Source: Lingula anatina (lineage: Eukaryota; Animalia; Brachiopoda). From it: a stretch of 64,000 nt of DNA. Below, piece by piece: positions 1-14,506 of the stretch. A program made the position numbers and the translations under genes. Each line of letters opens with the position of its first letter. The first letter of the stretch is position 1. The stretch spans positions 21,022,848 to 21,086,847 of the forward strand of contig CM120643.1 in assembly GCA_051362555.1 (NCBI GenBank), given 5' to 3'. The notes under the pieces are model-generated. The model did no database searches and was not told the DNA's origin. It saw only the letters and a list, made by a program, of their open reading frames with translations.

Positions 1-3000
1 AATAGATTAAGAACCATAGTACAATTTACCTTTTGAATAAAAGTCCAAGTTGTTTCTTTCTGCTATATTACGTGCTCCATGAAGAAATGAAGGGGACTGG
101 TTTTTTTTTAGTTTTATATCGATAACTCATGGCTGTAGTGACTGCGGGAACACGAACTAAAGAGACGTATGCCGTGTGGAAACCACCATAAAAGTGGTGT
201 ATGTGCCGTATTATTAATGGGTGCTACCGTTAACATGATATAACGCTAAAAGATCTACCTTGAAAAAGGGAAACGCCGTTCATCACGTCAATACAATTAC
301 CAAAGTGGAAGGGTTTGTAGCACTCAACCATATCAAAAGCGCTTTTCTTTAATCCTTAATCAATAGCGTGGATTTTTGCAATAAGTGGAATTTTGGGAGG
401 TCCAGATTGGTTCTGTATTTGGCGCCTGCACTTCCTGCAATCTCAGGGCAAAGCACATTTACTGTTTATCTCTCCTTTGCACAAACTGACTTTGGCAAGA
501 TTTTGTTACATCTTCGGCCAAGCAATTGAATAGCATGGCTGAGAACTTTCAACAATGTGTTATGAAAGATTGAGTTTTGGTGTGTTTTTTAATTTGCAAG
601 GGTAGAGGCTAATACATACATACATACATATATACAATATGTACTCTTCCAACACATACACACACACACACACATGCCAGTGTGCTTTTTTTATCAGTAA
701 CATATTTGAGTTCAGTGCCATATGGGCACGTAGATTACTAATATGGTGTACCACTACCTTTAAACCTAATTACTTGTGATGTTTATACACCTGTCTATCA
801 CATTACCTATCATATACAACCACGGAAAGCACATATTTTTACTCAGAATGCAATGAAAAAGATAACGGTCTGGTTAAAAAACATGTTGAAATATATCCGG
901 AGACATTTGCTTTTCAAAAGAGAACAGCATTCACATAGCACAACTCTGTGTTTATGGATCAGAATATCGCTCCCAGGCGGGGGTGCAGGCACTCTATGCA
1001 GACTTTAATCAGGGTCTGTATAAAAGAGGACCTAGTAAGGTTAAAAAAAATCAGTGTCTCTACATAAATTGCGGTAGAAATTAGATATTTAGAGCTGGAA
1101 AACGGTGACAAGTGACAAGGTTCAAAATTTTAAGTTTGAACTTTATAGATAAAGTCTAAAGCGCGCTGCATGCTTCTAAACTGGCGCCACCAGACGCTTA
1201 CATTCATTGGCCAACAAAGAGTTTCAGAATTTTAAGGCGCAACGTGTGTCCCTCCCCATCGACGACGCGCACTGGTTGTTTATAAAACATGGCGTCGAGA
1301 GTGCTCTAGAGATAAAGATTATTAAAATTTTAAGACAGAAAACATTAATCGAATAGTTTTTGTGGGCGATTCTATCAGACCACTCGATCTACCTTTTTAT
1401 TCGTGATTGTATTTGTTTTAATCTTACATTTCCATCCATTAACCTAATTTGCCTCAATTTGGAACGTGATAAGCATAAGTATTAGTCTCAGTGAATAGAA
1501 ACTATCCAAATTCACCAGCAAGTTATCGATAGATTCCCTGGAGACGTTTTTTGGTATTGTGAATCTATAAAACAGGGGAGTGAGGGCCAGCGTACCAAGT
1601 GACCTGTACTGAATAATTAACCTGGTTTAGAGGCACACAATAAGTGATGTACGTTAATAATAATAATAATAATTATTATTATTATATATAATTATTATTA
1701 TTTTTTTTATTTCCAGGAAAAAACATTTTTCTTTACAAAGGTCTACCTTTTTAAGGCTTCAGGTGCGTTAAAGTAGTGAGGTGTATCCGTGATTATTATG
1801 CACTGAGACCTGCCTAGTAAGAAACGAGCTCAATAAGTGGTGAGGGTTATATTTTCACCGATACATTTGTCCAGGTTTTTGCTACCCAGTAAATTGTCAT
1901 TCTAAAAAATTCCGAGCTTTTTTTGGTTCAGTTCAACTTTCAAAAAATTAACCCTAATTGTTTAGATAGTTTGGGGAACGCAGTGCTTTGGTTACGGAGC
2001 ATTGCTCTTCTATCGTGAACAATGCATGCAATAAAGGAACCATTCCCTTAAAGAAAAGACAGATTTTTTAATAGATCCCGAGGGTTCGACGTCTCGCAGT
2101 GCAGTTTTAACAAAATTGCCCTTCAACTTCTAAATATGGTGTACTTTGTGCAATTTTGTTCCATAATCTATTTTGCCTGAAATGTCATGGTTTCTTTTGC
2201 ACGCGAAATGCATATCAAGCTGTCGAGGAAGATGCTTCATATCTATTCAAACCAGTACGAAGAACCATTTGCAAAATGCCATGGTAATTAGGGTTCAAAT
2301 GATGAGTGCATTAGAATCGGGAAGGTGGGGGGGGGGGGGGGGGGGGGGGGGGATCAGCCAAGCGACCGTTATGTCCACGTCAATTTAAACAATACTAGCT
2401 ATCGACAAGGCCGTTCAAATTTGTATTCATTGCTAAATGACTTGACAGCGCAGCGCAGCTTTGCAAGGAATTGTGAATTTCACATATCTGAATTCTTGAT
2501 CATTTCATACTCAACACTGATCTAGGTATTTACATCACTGCATTCTTTCGACACTAGTTATTGTTGCAGGTGTGTTTTGCATCGTCGTGTCCAGATTACA
2601 AAGAAAGGGGTTCAACTAAGTTCAGCCTTCGTTCTGATAATTGAAAAACATGAGACCTACACTGCGTTAAATTATATATTTAAAGCCGTCTAATGAGGCT
2701 TTTTTCAAAGCTAGAAATAGTGATGCTAATATAATCTTGGCAGAGAAAATAATTGAGCTAAAACTTGAAGATACACAGTAAATGAGGTTAATTTTAAGAA
2801 GCTAGATGCTTGGTGTTGTAATGGGAGACTGTATACTTTGGTGAGTATTGGGTGGGGGGCGGGGGGGGGGGGGGGGGTTGAGGTCCTGTGGTACTTTGAG
2901 AATGATTACCCAGTGCATCTTTGGCGAAATACGAAACTTTGATGGGGTTATGTCTATGGCGTCTGCTTTTAGTTTCCTGAATCACTCTCACGAAATAAAA

Positions 3001-3459
3001 ACAAAAGACAAAGGCTGACATAGCAGAAAGAAAAAAATGGCTATTATAGTATAAAACCCTATCTTACCCTATCTGACGTTGACATCTTACTAATTGGACC
3101 CATATTACTGCTACTGCTTACGAATAGACGGGCCTGAGAGACTCACTGGACGGGTATCCATGATAGGTGACAAAGTCTTATGACATATTCTAACTCTAAC
3201 AACTGATTTACTGATGGAGTTAAGAGTTTAGAAAGCGATTTTCATGAAGTATAGCTATATTCAAATAAATTGATTTTCTTTATGGTCATCAAAAGACTGA
3301 TCAGGAATATTTCAAAGCTACAGTTAAAGAAGCCAAGGGGGAAGGTCCGAGTTGGGTCATAATTGTTAAGTTACTTTTATTTTGCGTTTTGGGTTTTGCG
3401 ATATTATCAAATTTTGTATTGGTTATCCGCTTTGATTTTGAAGTTTTTTCTTTTTTCTT

Positions 3460-3491
<32 letters not shown>

Positions 3492-4387
3492 GGGGGTGGG
3501 GGGGCGTGTACTATATTTAGGTCCACACTCTATATCCTGGTGGTTATTCAAGTCAACTGAAACTGACGTACTAAAGTCAGTGCGTGACGTAACAAAATTG
3601 CGAATATCCAAGAGTAATGGGGGACACTTATTGTACATGGATGATTCAATGTACAACGTGAATTTTGTCTCAGATAATAACACCAGATGACATACAACTA
3701 ACGATAGAATGTTAATCAGGTTCCAAACCTTTTAGCACGCCTTGGAGAGGAAATGAGAAGCGCATATATTTTTCGTTTAGCGTTCGGCAACGGGCATTGC
3801 CTGGATATCAAGCAAATTTTTAAGTGGCAACAAGTGTTACATAGAATTATTGTCATTTATACACAGCTGTCACATTATGGATCATTTGAACATGACAACT
3901 AAATTTTACTCCAAAGGGATCAGTTATATGCAGTAATGAAATTTGTTCGTACAATTTGTCAAATATGCGAATATAAACCATTTTATGCACCTCTGTACAA
4001 AAATTTGTTATGTATATGGCATATGGTATACTTGCAAGTATATCAATAAAAGTTTCTGGTTTTCATTAATGCATCTGCGCCATAATATAATACGACCGAA
4101 ATCACTGAAACGAAATCCATACCAAGAGCGAATCACTGAAATGAAATTCATACCAAGAGCGATCGGGTTTATGTTACAGCTTATATGTTAACACACGATT
4201 TAAATGTCACTTTTCTTTAACATTTCGTTTCTACTGGTACTTTGATGTTTGGTTTCAAATTACAGTTTCAGATTGCCAGTTCCAACGACGCAGCAGCTGA
4301 AGCTAACCCTAGATTAAAACGCAATTTTTGTAACCATTTAATTTTTAATTCGATGTTTCTTTTCTAATGACAGATTCATAATTCTAG

Positions 4388-4571
4388 ATTGCCAGTTACG
4401 AGGACGAGGCCACCGCGTACGTGTTGGTGTACTCCATAGCCGACAAAAGGTCATTTCGAAAAGCCTGCGACCAGCTACAACGATTACGGGACGAGGAAAA
4501 TAACACCTGTCCCATCATTCTAGTTGGAAATAAGATGGACCTGGCCAGGGCTAGAGAAGTATCTATGCACG
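4388..4571 (+). CDS. RGK-family (Rad/Gem/Rem) small GTPase, penultimate coding exon; earlier exons not found in this window
   Basis: Acceptor ttctAG ends at 4387 and donor GTATGT starts at 4572. Translation IASYEDEATAYVLVYSIADKRSFRKACDQLQRLRDEENNTCPIILVGNKMDLARAREVSMH contains the Ras-type G4 motif (ILVGNKxDL). Its phase-1 end joins the 11847 exon in frame. Confidence 0.92.
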
Positions 4572-4839
4572 GTATGTTAGCCATTTAACTACTTTTTCTA
4601 TCAAGATTCCTATAGCTATAGTCAAGTATATTGCCTTCTCGCCCCCCCCTCCCCCATCACCGACAGGGCAGTTTTTCATTATAAAATAATAATAATAATA
4701 ATAATAATAATAATTACACTGATGCATATAAATACTGATGCATATAACTAGAAATTAAACAAAACAGAAGTGAATGGAATTTAGATAAAAGGATAAATGC
4801 CCACTCATAATGTACCTTGAAGAAATCTTGTATAGAATT

Positions 4840-4942
4840 CAGGGGCGGTTCCAGGATTATTTGAAGGGGGGGGGGGCGCGCGGATGCGAAACCCCCCCCC
4901 CCTCCTCTGGGCCCACCTGACACCCCCCTAAATCCCCCACTG
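4840..4942. mobile_element. Short non-autonomous TIR element (hAT-like CAG...CTG termini)
   Basis: Imperfect TIRs CAGGGGCGGTTCCAGG ... CCTAAATCCCCCACTG, flanked by a 5-bp direct repeat GAATT. Confidence 0.65.
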
Positions 4943-7900
4943 GAATTAATTGCGAAATATTGGTATGGTTATTTTCGTACTTTTGCGTATGTGGAAATGC
5001 TTATCATTAATCACAATATTCTTAGCACTGGCAAAATTTAACCCTTTTAACGGCGGATGGCAGTACAGCAAATGATAAAAAGTCTGACGGCATAATTGGT
5101 TTTTCTGGAAAGATTTTGATAGCTGGAGAATGTTACGGTATCGCAGCGCGAGCCAGATGTGTGGGTGGAAGTGATAAAGTACGCTACCTGGATAACTATC
5201 TAGAAGTGCTTTAGCCTTTCACTTGCCAATGGCCAATAAACTGTATTCCAAAAATAAGTTGATGTGTTTTACAAGCGAATTGCCAATAAGTTTCGCAAGC
5301 ATCGGTTGCCATTAGGCTGTGACGCATTCATAAACGGGACGACCGGGTGCTGCTTCGATCTGAACGACGCCACATACATTACAGCACGTTACCCGTACCG
5401 ACCTGTGAGAATAGATGCACCATGAACCTTGCAGATGCACACGCCCGAACACATGCATGCACGCATACATTTATGACATGTAACTTGCACTACTGCATTG
5501 GAATAGATGCACGATGAACCCCGCATTTGCGTCATTCTACTTAAATACAATCGAAGCAAAACCATGCATTATCTTGCTCCCTTCCTCATATGTTATAAGT
5601 TATAAAGTCACTGTGACAGGAATGGTAGTCCTAGAAATGGAAGCCCGGGCTCACATATGATTTGTACAGGTTAGGGTTAGCTGGAGAAATGGGGTTAGTG
5701 TATAGGACGAATGTCACCTGTACAAAGTAATGGGGAGCGGACTACGGTTCCTAGCGGGCTACATGTACCATTCCTGTATATGTTACAGCGGGTATTGATG
5801 TGATTTGGTGGTTGGGTTGGGGCTGGCGTGCACAAGGTACTCTTCTTTCATGCACACATACAGCCCCCCTCCCCCAAGCATAACAGTGAGTAAAACGAAA
5901 ACCTTCCACCACCACCAAGGGTGAGACATGTCCGCATCTGACACATGTTGTCAGGTCAAGGTGCCCTAGACGCCTGACCATGACTATAATTTCCCTCCTA
6001 TTCTCAATCGCCTAACTAGCCATATCGTTTTTCCTAAAATATCAAGGAGTTCCAGGCAAATAAACAGTATAGAAACTACTAGCTTCTGTCTACGAACTTA
6101 TGCTGATTTGGTCCAAATGGTTCACATACTACAGATCTTTTACCGAACTTATTAATCTCGTGTGTGGAAAGTGGTTCTATTTTAAGTAGTAGAATCCGTT
6201 CATTAATTTGAAACCAACCCTGCCAACAGACCAGGGGACTTATGGACACAGAGACAAACGCATCTAATTGTGTTACAGCAACTATTTGGTGGATTAATTC
6301 AAAGAAAAATATCTCAGCGGCATCTAAATATCTTTGAATTACGCTCAAAGCCTTTCATTATAGAAACCAGCATTGTTTTGTAGGTGTTTCGAGGGGCTCG
6401 GCGTGTCTTTCACCGTCTCAGTTCAATCAATTTAAGCCACGTGTGATAACATACCGTGGAAATGACTTGCTAAACTAATTCTCTGGCTGATTTCCAACTT
6501 TGTACTATTTTTAGCGCATCCTGACGCCCGTCGCACTGAAACGGGGGAGTTTGACATCATTGCGGCGTATTTTTAGATTAAACCTTCAGAAAAGTAGTCT
6601 GTGCCATCATTATACACATTATACACATTTTCACTTTGAATATGATACCCACTAATAGATGCGCCGGTGCTTTGTCAAAAGCTAAAAACATATCAATTTA
6701 AGAAGAGACCATCTATTTTAGGCAACACTTGGATCTATTTTTATCTCGTCCGACACCCGAGGAGCCTCATTAGAATCTTATATTTTTATCGACCAGTATT
6801 TTCATAAGTTCTAAAGTAACCTAATCCTCTTTAATTCTGTGTATTGTCGTCAATGGTATATGTCATCTGTGACAAAGATAGCCGACTTTTCGCCTTTATT
6901 ATACTGGTGCTCATAAGTCAAGTAACACTGTCTGTATTCTTTAATTCTCTCAAAAATCAAACCTTTGATTGGAATGGATTTTTTTTACAGTAGTTGTATA
7001 CGTCCTTTGTTGTTACCTTGTATCAAAAGGCCATGGTGCGCAATTATACACTGAGGAAAAATATAAACGCCCCACGCAATACCTTTAAAATGTTAACAGC
7101 ATTACGGGTTACATATAGGGGCCAATATTACAAAAAATGTATGAATTACATAGGCTTTTGTGGTGGGCAATTCAAGTTGTGATTTAACAACCACACTAAA
7201 TCATTTAGGGTTATAAATTTTCAACGGAAACTGTGCTGTCATAATATTTGGAGATTAAAAGAAAGTAACATGAAGTTTGACATAAGGTGAGTCATTATGA
7301 AAAAATCTGTAACACAAAGGAGGAACCAACAGCTGTAAAACCTTTGTCTATGCAGAAAGCTGTTAATTATGCTTACGCCAGCTACACGCTTATACAAAAT
7401 GTTTATGAAATATGAAAGAAAAGTGGACAGCATGAACTGGCATTTTGGGAAAAATCTAGGTGTTGCTTAACTTATGAGCATCTGTGTACTAGTGGCTGTA
7501 TATAAGATCAGTCTGACGGTGTTGTCCTTGGTTTAATACAGCGCGTCATTTTGCCGCTAGTTTGATTGAACCAAGGCATTTGAGAAAAATCTTCGAATTG
7601 CTTGGTAAGAAATGTGGCTCCAGTGGATTTTTTGCCTAATTTTGTGACTTCAATCACGTCAAATACAAAGACAGCGAGCAGCTTTGTGGTGGTGGGACGG
7701 TACAGGTTGGATGTTATACACCGGATATAATCGAGCATGCAAATAATAATAATCTTTTTAAATAATATTAATAATTGATAATATTAATATTTTAATGTCT
7801 AAAATCCATTAGAATGTTCAGAATATCGCTATCATCAATGCAGTTGAAATGCTTTATTTTTATTCCGGGGTGGGGGGGGGGGGGCAAATTTTGATTTCAG

Positions 7901-10900
7901 ATTGGATTGCCCTTTGCCTCCTACCTATACTTGACAACGTCTAAAGGACCCACCTGTCGCGTGCGTGATTAAAAAAGACCCAGTTGTTTTCATACCAATC
8001 AATCATTTCTGTGTCAGTGGTCATTTCAATCATATACGCCTGTGGTCGAGCTTCTGTGTGACAGGAAATTAAGTCCTCCTCAAGTATTGTGTTTGCCCAC
8101 GCCACACCAGCAGTTTTTCCTATCCATCATCTTGTTTCAGGTAGCCGCGTGTTGCATTACAAGCAATTAAATTGCCTCTATGGTTTGGGTTGCTGTATAC
8201 ATATAACTCCGTAGTAATTGGTCACTGCAGTAAAAAGCTACCTGCAAAAGTAATGACAAATGTTCCGAATATTTTTGTTGATAATATGCCCTATTTGTTT
8301 TTGAGTGCGGAAAAAAAGAATAAAAATTGCGAGTTTATATTCTAATACCCCTCCCTCTTTCGGTTTAGAAATTAAGTGGCAAGTTTTCCATTTTTTAGAT
8401 GAAACAACCAAAAAAAAGTCATCGTAGTTGATTAATAGACACAATGATCACAGATGAAAATGCTTCATTTGGTTACTACGATTTGGAATAATTAAATATA
8501 AGCAATTTATGCGTCTAATTTGACCCTGGCGTCTGCGGAGAGGATCGACTGCCTATCAGTCGCCATTTTGGTCCAGTTGTTTCATAACTGTTCTCGTCAG
8601 TGTCTGTGCCTGACAGTCTCTTAATACCAAAGCGATCAGTTATACGCAAACCAATGAAAGCTTACGTGTGATGACGAATCCCCGTTGCGTTCAAAGTAAT
8701 CATATTCAGGGTTGGGTGCTTTAAGTCATTAGACAGTCTCGCAGAGCACAAATAGATTTGACATTTCTGTAATTTGTCTGTCAGAATCCAATGTTCCAGC
8801 GGGTTTGCTGGGGTTTGAGGGACCATCTCCAGGGATTTGAACCCATTAGAATTAACTCGCACGTAAACTTTTCTCCCTGACCTCCCCCCTTTTTTTACCC
8901 GCACATTTATCTTGCGCATCTCGGCAACTGATTATTGACGTATTTGAAGCCATAACAATGTGGCGAGGTAAACTGATTTCGTTATTGGTCGTCAAATCAG
9001 TCACGCTGACGGTCTAGATTTGGCGCGAAAGTGATTTAGTGATCGACGGAACACTGAGGAATGAATGTCGCGTATGGACTTCTTTGCAAGTGACGTCATT
9101 TGCCGAAGTGGGAATAAAGTGTAGGCCAGTCACTGAATAGATCACTGACCAGAGGCACGCTGACATGTTTTCTTATTTTAAATCACCATTTTGACAAGTC
9201 AGGTAGATATAAAAAAGCATGGCTGGTTTTAGACCACGTAACAGACTGGGACTCACTTGTTCCCTTTTCAGTTGCGCAGTGCAAAATTTCTTTAATTCAA
9301 GCAGACACTTCAGTAGTAACTAACGCTTTGAATCAAATGTTTGATCGGTAACGGATGTTTCACATATTTACTAAGGCTATCACGTTCGCCTGAGAGGAAA
9401 TTAACCCGTTGTTTACTGACTACCTGACAGTATACATCTTAAAGGTATCCTATCCGGTATTTTCCAGTCAGTTCGAATATGCTTTGAAAAGAAATAATTT
9501 TCGGCTATGGATCATTGCTCCACTTGTCCCTGCACTGGTAATCAACGTTTTATACTATTTTATATTATACAATTTTGTTTTGTTAAGACTGCCATGTCTT
9601 CCTACACATTTTAGTAGGTAAAATCGCAATCGAGTACTTTTTTTTTGAAGGGTTGTATCGTTTTCAAATTGAGAAAGTCCAGTAGTTTTTCGGTATATGC
9701 ACACAGAAAATATGATTTGAGGACAGTTCCAAACGTGGAAAGTATATCTTGATTTTTTTCAAAGCGTGAGAATGACATATGCGTTAGGAATCCATACTAT
9801 GGGCTAATGCACACATAAATTGTTTAATTTTCAAAATTTATTCAGAAAAAAAATGATAATACAAAACTAAACAAGTTCATAAGCTTCTGAAAGAAAAAAG
9901 GCCATGACAAATGGTTCTATTGGCAAATTTGCTAGACCGGAGACGTATGATAAAACATGGGTACCGCTTCGTCTGTTTTCTTTTGTACATGCGTTTAGCA
10001 GTTTTCTTGATTTCCGATAGACGGCGCATCTGTTTACATTCCCGCAAGCACAGGCGAAATGTCGCATACGTTCCTGCTTGTACAGAAGTCATACTGTAAA
10101 CAGTATTCAATGTAAAATGTCTCAGGGTCTCAGTGGGGTGATTTTAAGATAACCATAAAAAATGAAAAAAAATCAGCAATGAATGAAAAGTTAACAGCTT
10201 GGATTCAAAAATGACGAGAATAAAGTCTCACGGGTAAAAAGAATATTATTTCAAGCGGGTTAAAAGCTATCAAAATAACGTTGCGATCCATCACTGTCAA
10301 TGGAATGTCAATTGCTTGAAGGGCACTTTGCCAGAAAGACCGATTTGAAATAAATATCATGGCCAAACGTCTGAAAGCCATCCCTTGCTTTGCAAAATGT
10401 TCTCATTTTTGGCTCATCATTCTGAGCCAAGTGTATGAAAAAAAAATGGACAAGTTGAAAGTACCTAGGTTCACCTAAAAATCGAATTTAGGGTCCAACA
10501 TCTGAGAAAGTTTTGTACTTTGTAAAAAAGATTACCTTGAAACAATCCAGTATCTTGAAAACCTTGATTTTATTTAAATGAGACACATTTCGATAGCAAC
10601 GACGCGGTCTTTAGCGAGGTGATAGGTAATTCTACTAGTTCTCAAACAAAGTATAGTGTATACCGGTGAGTTCACCATATTATCGTATTTGGCATTTGCA
10701 AAATTGTACTTAACGTTTGGCTTCATAACCACGCCTTGGGACAGACACAAACGGTTGCGGTCTGGTATCGTGTACGCGCTTGAAAGAAAAATAAAGCCAA
10801 GATGAAAGCGCGCCGGCAGTTCCGTGGCCATTAAATCGGCAGCTACTCTGACAAATTAAAGCCCATAACGTTCTACACCTGTTCGCGCACCTGGGAAACG

Positions 10901-11846
10901 TTGCCTTCTTAATCAGCGTTCACCGAACGCCATTGCAATATCCCTACTAAAGCAATTAGTGGTGTGTTTTCTGTCTTAGATGTTTTTCTTAATATAGCAC
11001 GGCAAAGATTATCCCTTGAGATTCCGATCTTGCCGTGACGACCTTCAGATGTTTACCTTTATACGATTGATAAAAAATTGACAGCCTCAAAGTATTGCAA
11101 ATGCCCACGGTTACTAAGTTACTTTTGCCCTTACTCGGTATTTCTGCCTTTTACGTTGCGGTGTGAATCGAGGGTTCCGTCGTGTTCAAACTGTTTTCGT
11201 CATCTCTGTAAATTAACATTGTTAACATTGCTCTGAGGAGGTAATGAGAAATTTATTTTCTGATAGTGAGCTTTGGTTGGGCTTGTTTTACTCGACATAA
11301 TAGAAATGTAGAGGCACGAAAAGTATTGTGTTCAAGAAGAACAACGAAGACGGTCGAAGTACGGTCGTGACAAAAATAGTTGTGTCGTTTAAAATTTAAC
11401 ACCGATTCAATTTTCCTAAAACTAATTCTTTTATTCAAGAGAATAATATCAGCATCATAATGTTGTGATAAAAATATGGACAATAAACCACCGAAATGGC
11501 TTTAAACTAAATAACAATTTTCTCGAGAACGCTCTGATGTCGTGACCACAACAGCGTGTTAAGATAAGAAACTTATAAGTATATAGCATATATTTCCTTG
11601 TACGGTTTCTTCAACTTTCTCTGAACGGTTCGTTAGATAATCTCTTATTCACTTCTTCTCTATATAAGAGACGGAGGAGCACATACATACGTGTAACAGT
11701 AGGTTTGATACTTTTCATCGTACTTAAGTTGAAGACGTTTCTGTTGTTATAAATATGATAATAATACTTTAATAATATTAAAAATGATATAATGATAATT
11801 TATCTTAAAATACATTTATATATTTATTTATTTTATTTTGTTCCAG

Positions 11847-12169
11847 ATGGAAAGATTGCCGCTTCCGACTTCTGCAGCAAATTCGTGGAAACATCCGCCA
11901 CATGGAAACACAACGTAGACGAACTGCTGGTCGGAACGCTTAAACAGATAAGACTGTACGAGTCCGCGATAGAAAAGGCTGAACAGGAGGCAAAAGCATC
12001 AGGCAAACGCAAACAGAAGAAGAAGACACGAAGTCACACGAGTACTTATCGCAGTTTCCGAAGAGCCACGAAGCGATTCTTCGGGAGGCTTACGGGAAAG
12101 GGCGAGGACGCCGGAGTGGATAGGACTTGTGAAGACTTATACGCGCCTCTGCCTTCAAAGAACTATTGA
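11847..12169 (+). CDS. RGK-family small GTPase, terminal coding exon
   Basis: Acceptor ttttgttccAG ends at 11846. (D)GKIAASDFCSKFVETSATWKHNVDELLVGTLKQIRL contains G5 ETSA plus the RGK-typical HNVDELLVG..QIRL. A basic tail RSFRRATKRFFGRL and a C-7-like TCEDL follow. Stop TGA at 12167-12169. Confidence 0.92.
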
Positions 12170-14506
12170 TAAAGAGACAATTGTACTTGACTTTTCGAAA
12201 GTTGAATGCAGGGCCTGAACCCTCGCCGGGTTTCGGGTGAGGAAAAGAACAAGTGAAAAGGGCGTGGTCCCCTTTCGAAGGCAGAATAGGCCCCACCCCT
12301 ATTTAAAATCAAAGTTGCATTTTCATTTAAGGCGTTCTGTTCTGACAGAAATGCCATCAAAAGGGGCCCGATATCTGTTCTTGATAAACTATACAATGCA
12401 GATGTTTAATCGAATTAGTCAACCATTCTTCCCTGGTGCGTATTTAAAATACTAGTCACGCTTCTGTTGCAATACCCAACTTTCCTTTCAAATGCCTCGT
12501 TTTTAAGGCAATGAACTTCAGCCTTTTTAGGGTTTGATACAAGACTGCTATTAGGAAGAAGAATTTTCTTAGAGTGCGGCCACCATAATGAATGTACAGT
12601 AAAACAAGAGAGAATTTTTTCTCGTGGATACTTTCTCAATTTTATGTACAGATGTGTATATTGCAAACAACTAACCTCCGTTACTCCCGGTTTTTATACT
12701 TCTGGATGATAGCGAAATATTAACATCCAATTGGGATAAATGTGTTTTTGAATTTCCTGGATATAAATAGAGTCCAATTTAGCTTAATTTCAATGACTTG
12801 TTTTTGTTTTGTAATGTTTGTTTTCTTCATTTTCATTTCATTGCAAACTTTAAGTTGCCATTGGCACGTACAGTTGGCAGAGTCATGTAAACTATTTTAA
12901 ATCCACTGTTGTGGGAAAACTGATTTGGTAGTAAAAGGACCGAATTGGAAGTGAAGCCAAATCTTTTTCATATCACTTTTCATTAGATACGGAACACACA
13001 GGCTTAGTTTTTTTTTACACATTTAAAAATCTTCAATAACTGTTGAAAAACTAACTCGACAAAATCGCTTTACGTAAAACCTAGTGGTGATTAATCTATT
13101 TTCCTTTTCACGATATACAAGTACTGGTAATGGTCCATGAACGGGTCAAGCATATCAGAATGTAGGATTTTCGCCCCCCCCCCCCCCCCCCCCCCCCCCC
13201 ACACACACAAACACACCCTATATTAAATCAACTGCACAGAATGAATTCACCTAATCAGACGATGTGTTGAAAAATAAAATTAAAAAAAAAAACTTGTAAA
13301 AGTCACAACGTGTGTCTAATTGAAAAGAATGCAATTACATATTTTAAAATTTCAAAATTTACCAACTGAAAATAAAAGAAAGTCACTTTTAAGTGAGATA
13401 TTAAAAACATATCATTGTGTTATTACCTGTAACACAAAAGAGTTTTGATTTTTTTCAAGTCCACGTGTCGCGCAGTACACAAATGCTAATTAAAAACGCA
13501 AAATGAAGCGTTTCAGAATTTCACCTGTAACAAAAAGAAATACTGTAAGTGGATTATTATGTCTTCTGTTCAGTTGTATACTGTTCTCGGTCCAGTTTTT
13601 CAATTAGACAAGAGATGTTTTTTCCAATAGTCCAAGGTACGCGCACGGGAACAGTTATGGATAGAGTCAAAACTTACACAAAAGCATGAAGTATAGTAGT
13701 AGTTAATGAAATTGTGTTGGATTATAAAGGATAATATAATATTTGAAAAATGTCATTTGAATTTGGGCGAGTTCCTTTTTTATCCACCCGAGATTCATTG
13801 CAACAGATGAGCCAGCTTGTACAAAGACAATAATAATTCTTCTCTGCAGCACGTATGATGGTCCCAAGGTAAAGTCTGCATTAAGCCTAATCTAGATGAG
13901 AGAGACTTTAAAACACACAGGACAAGACAAGACTATACTCTAGGCATAAAGCCTAACCCCCGTCCTAGATTTTGACCCACTTTCATCACGCTGACCCTGT
14001 ATAGATTCAATGGAGTACGGGCTATCTGTTACACAGACCCTCAGCCCCTAAACACCTATAGCCCTGCTGTACATAACGACAAATTGTGTTAGTTGAGAAT
14101 CTCTTCAGCCACCGCAATGTAATCAACTTGACTGCTTTTGTTGACACTCCACTTCCATATTACCTTTGGTGACTTAAAGCACTAGTAAATTACAGTTAAT
14201 ATCCAAGGCAATACTTATTGTTTAAGACAACATGTGTTGTAGAGGTTTGAGATGCAAAAACATGAGAACACGTGTGTCATTTCTAAAAGGAAGAATTATG
14301 TTTACTTTCAGAGGTTCAAAAGTCCTAGTTAATTCAGTGCATTATTGATACACTAACTACTATCTGGATCTAAATCTGGTTTCACCACGATCTGTGGTCA
14401 CCTGTATTGATTAGACTGCATATATTTTCCAAATATAACTTATGTAATCACACCACATATACAAATAAGCACAAAAAGTGCTTTTGTCCTCTTTCAGACA
14501 TTGACC

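Noticed and set aside
130-290. SINE-like fragments here and near 5800-5990, 7930-8110, 9510 and 23460-23540
   Set aside because: Only short remembered similarities, with no clear A/B boxes or boundaries. A library search is needed.
1195-1310. Promoter-like CCAAT, TATA and AACATGGCG (YY1) cluster
   Set aside because: The downstream ATG frame stops within a few codons and the context looks like a transposon interior. No gene could be attached.
8560-8615. Hammerhead-like CUGACGA...GAAA core on the minus strand
   Set aside because: Stems I, II and III do not pair convincingly.
9401-10263. Possible piggyBac-like element TTAACCCG...CGGGTTAA
   Set aside because: Only about 4 bp of inverted match beyond TTAA, which is too weak.
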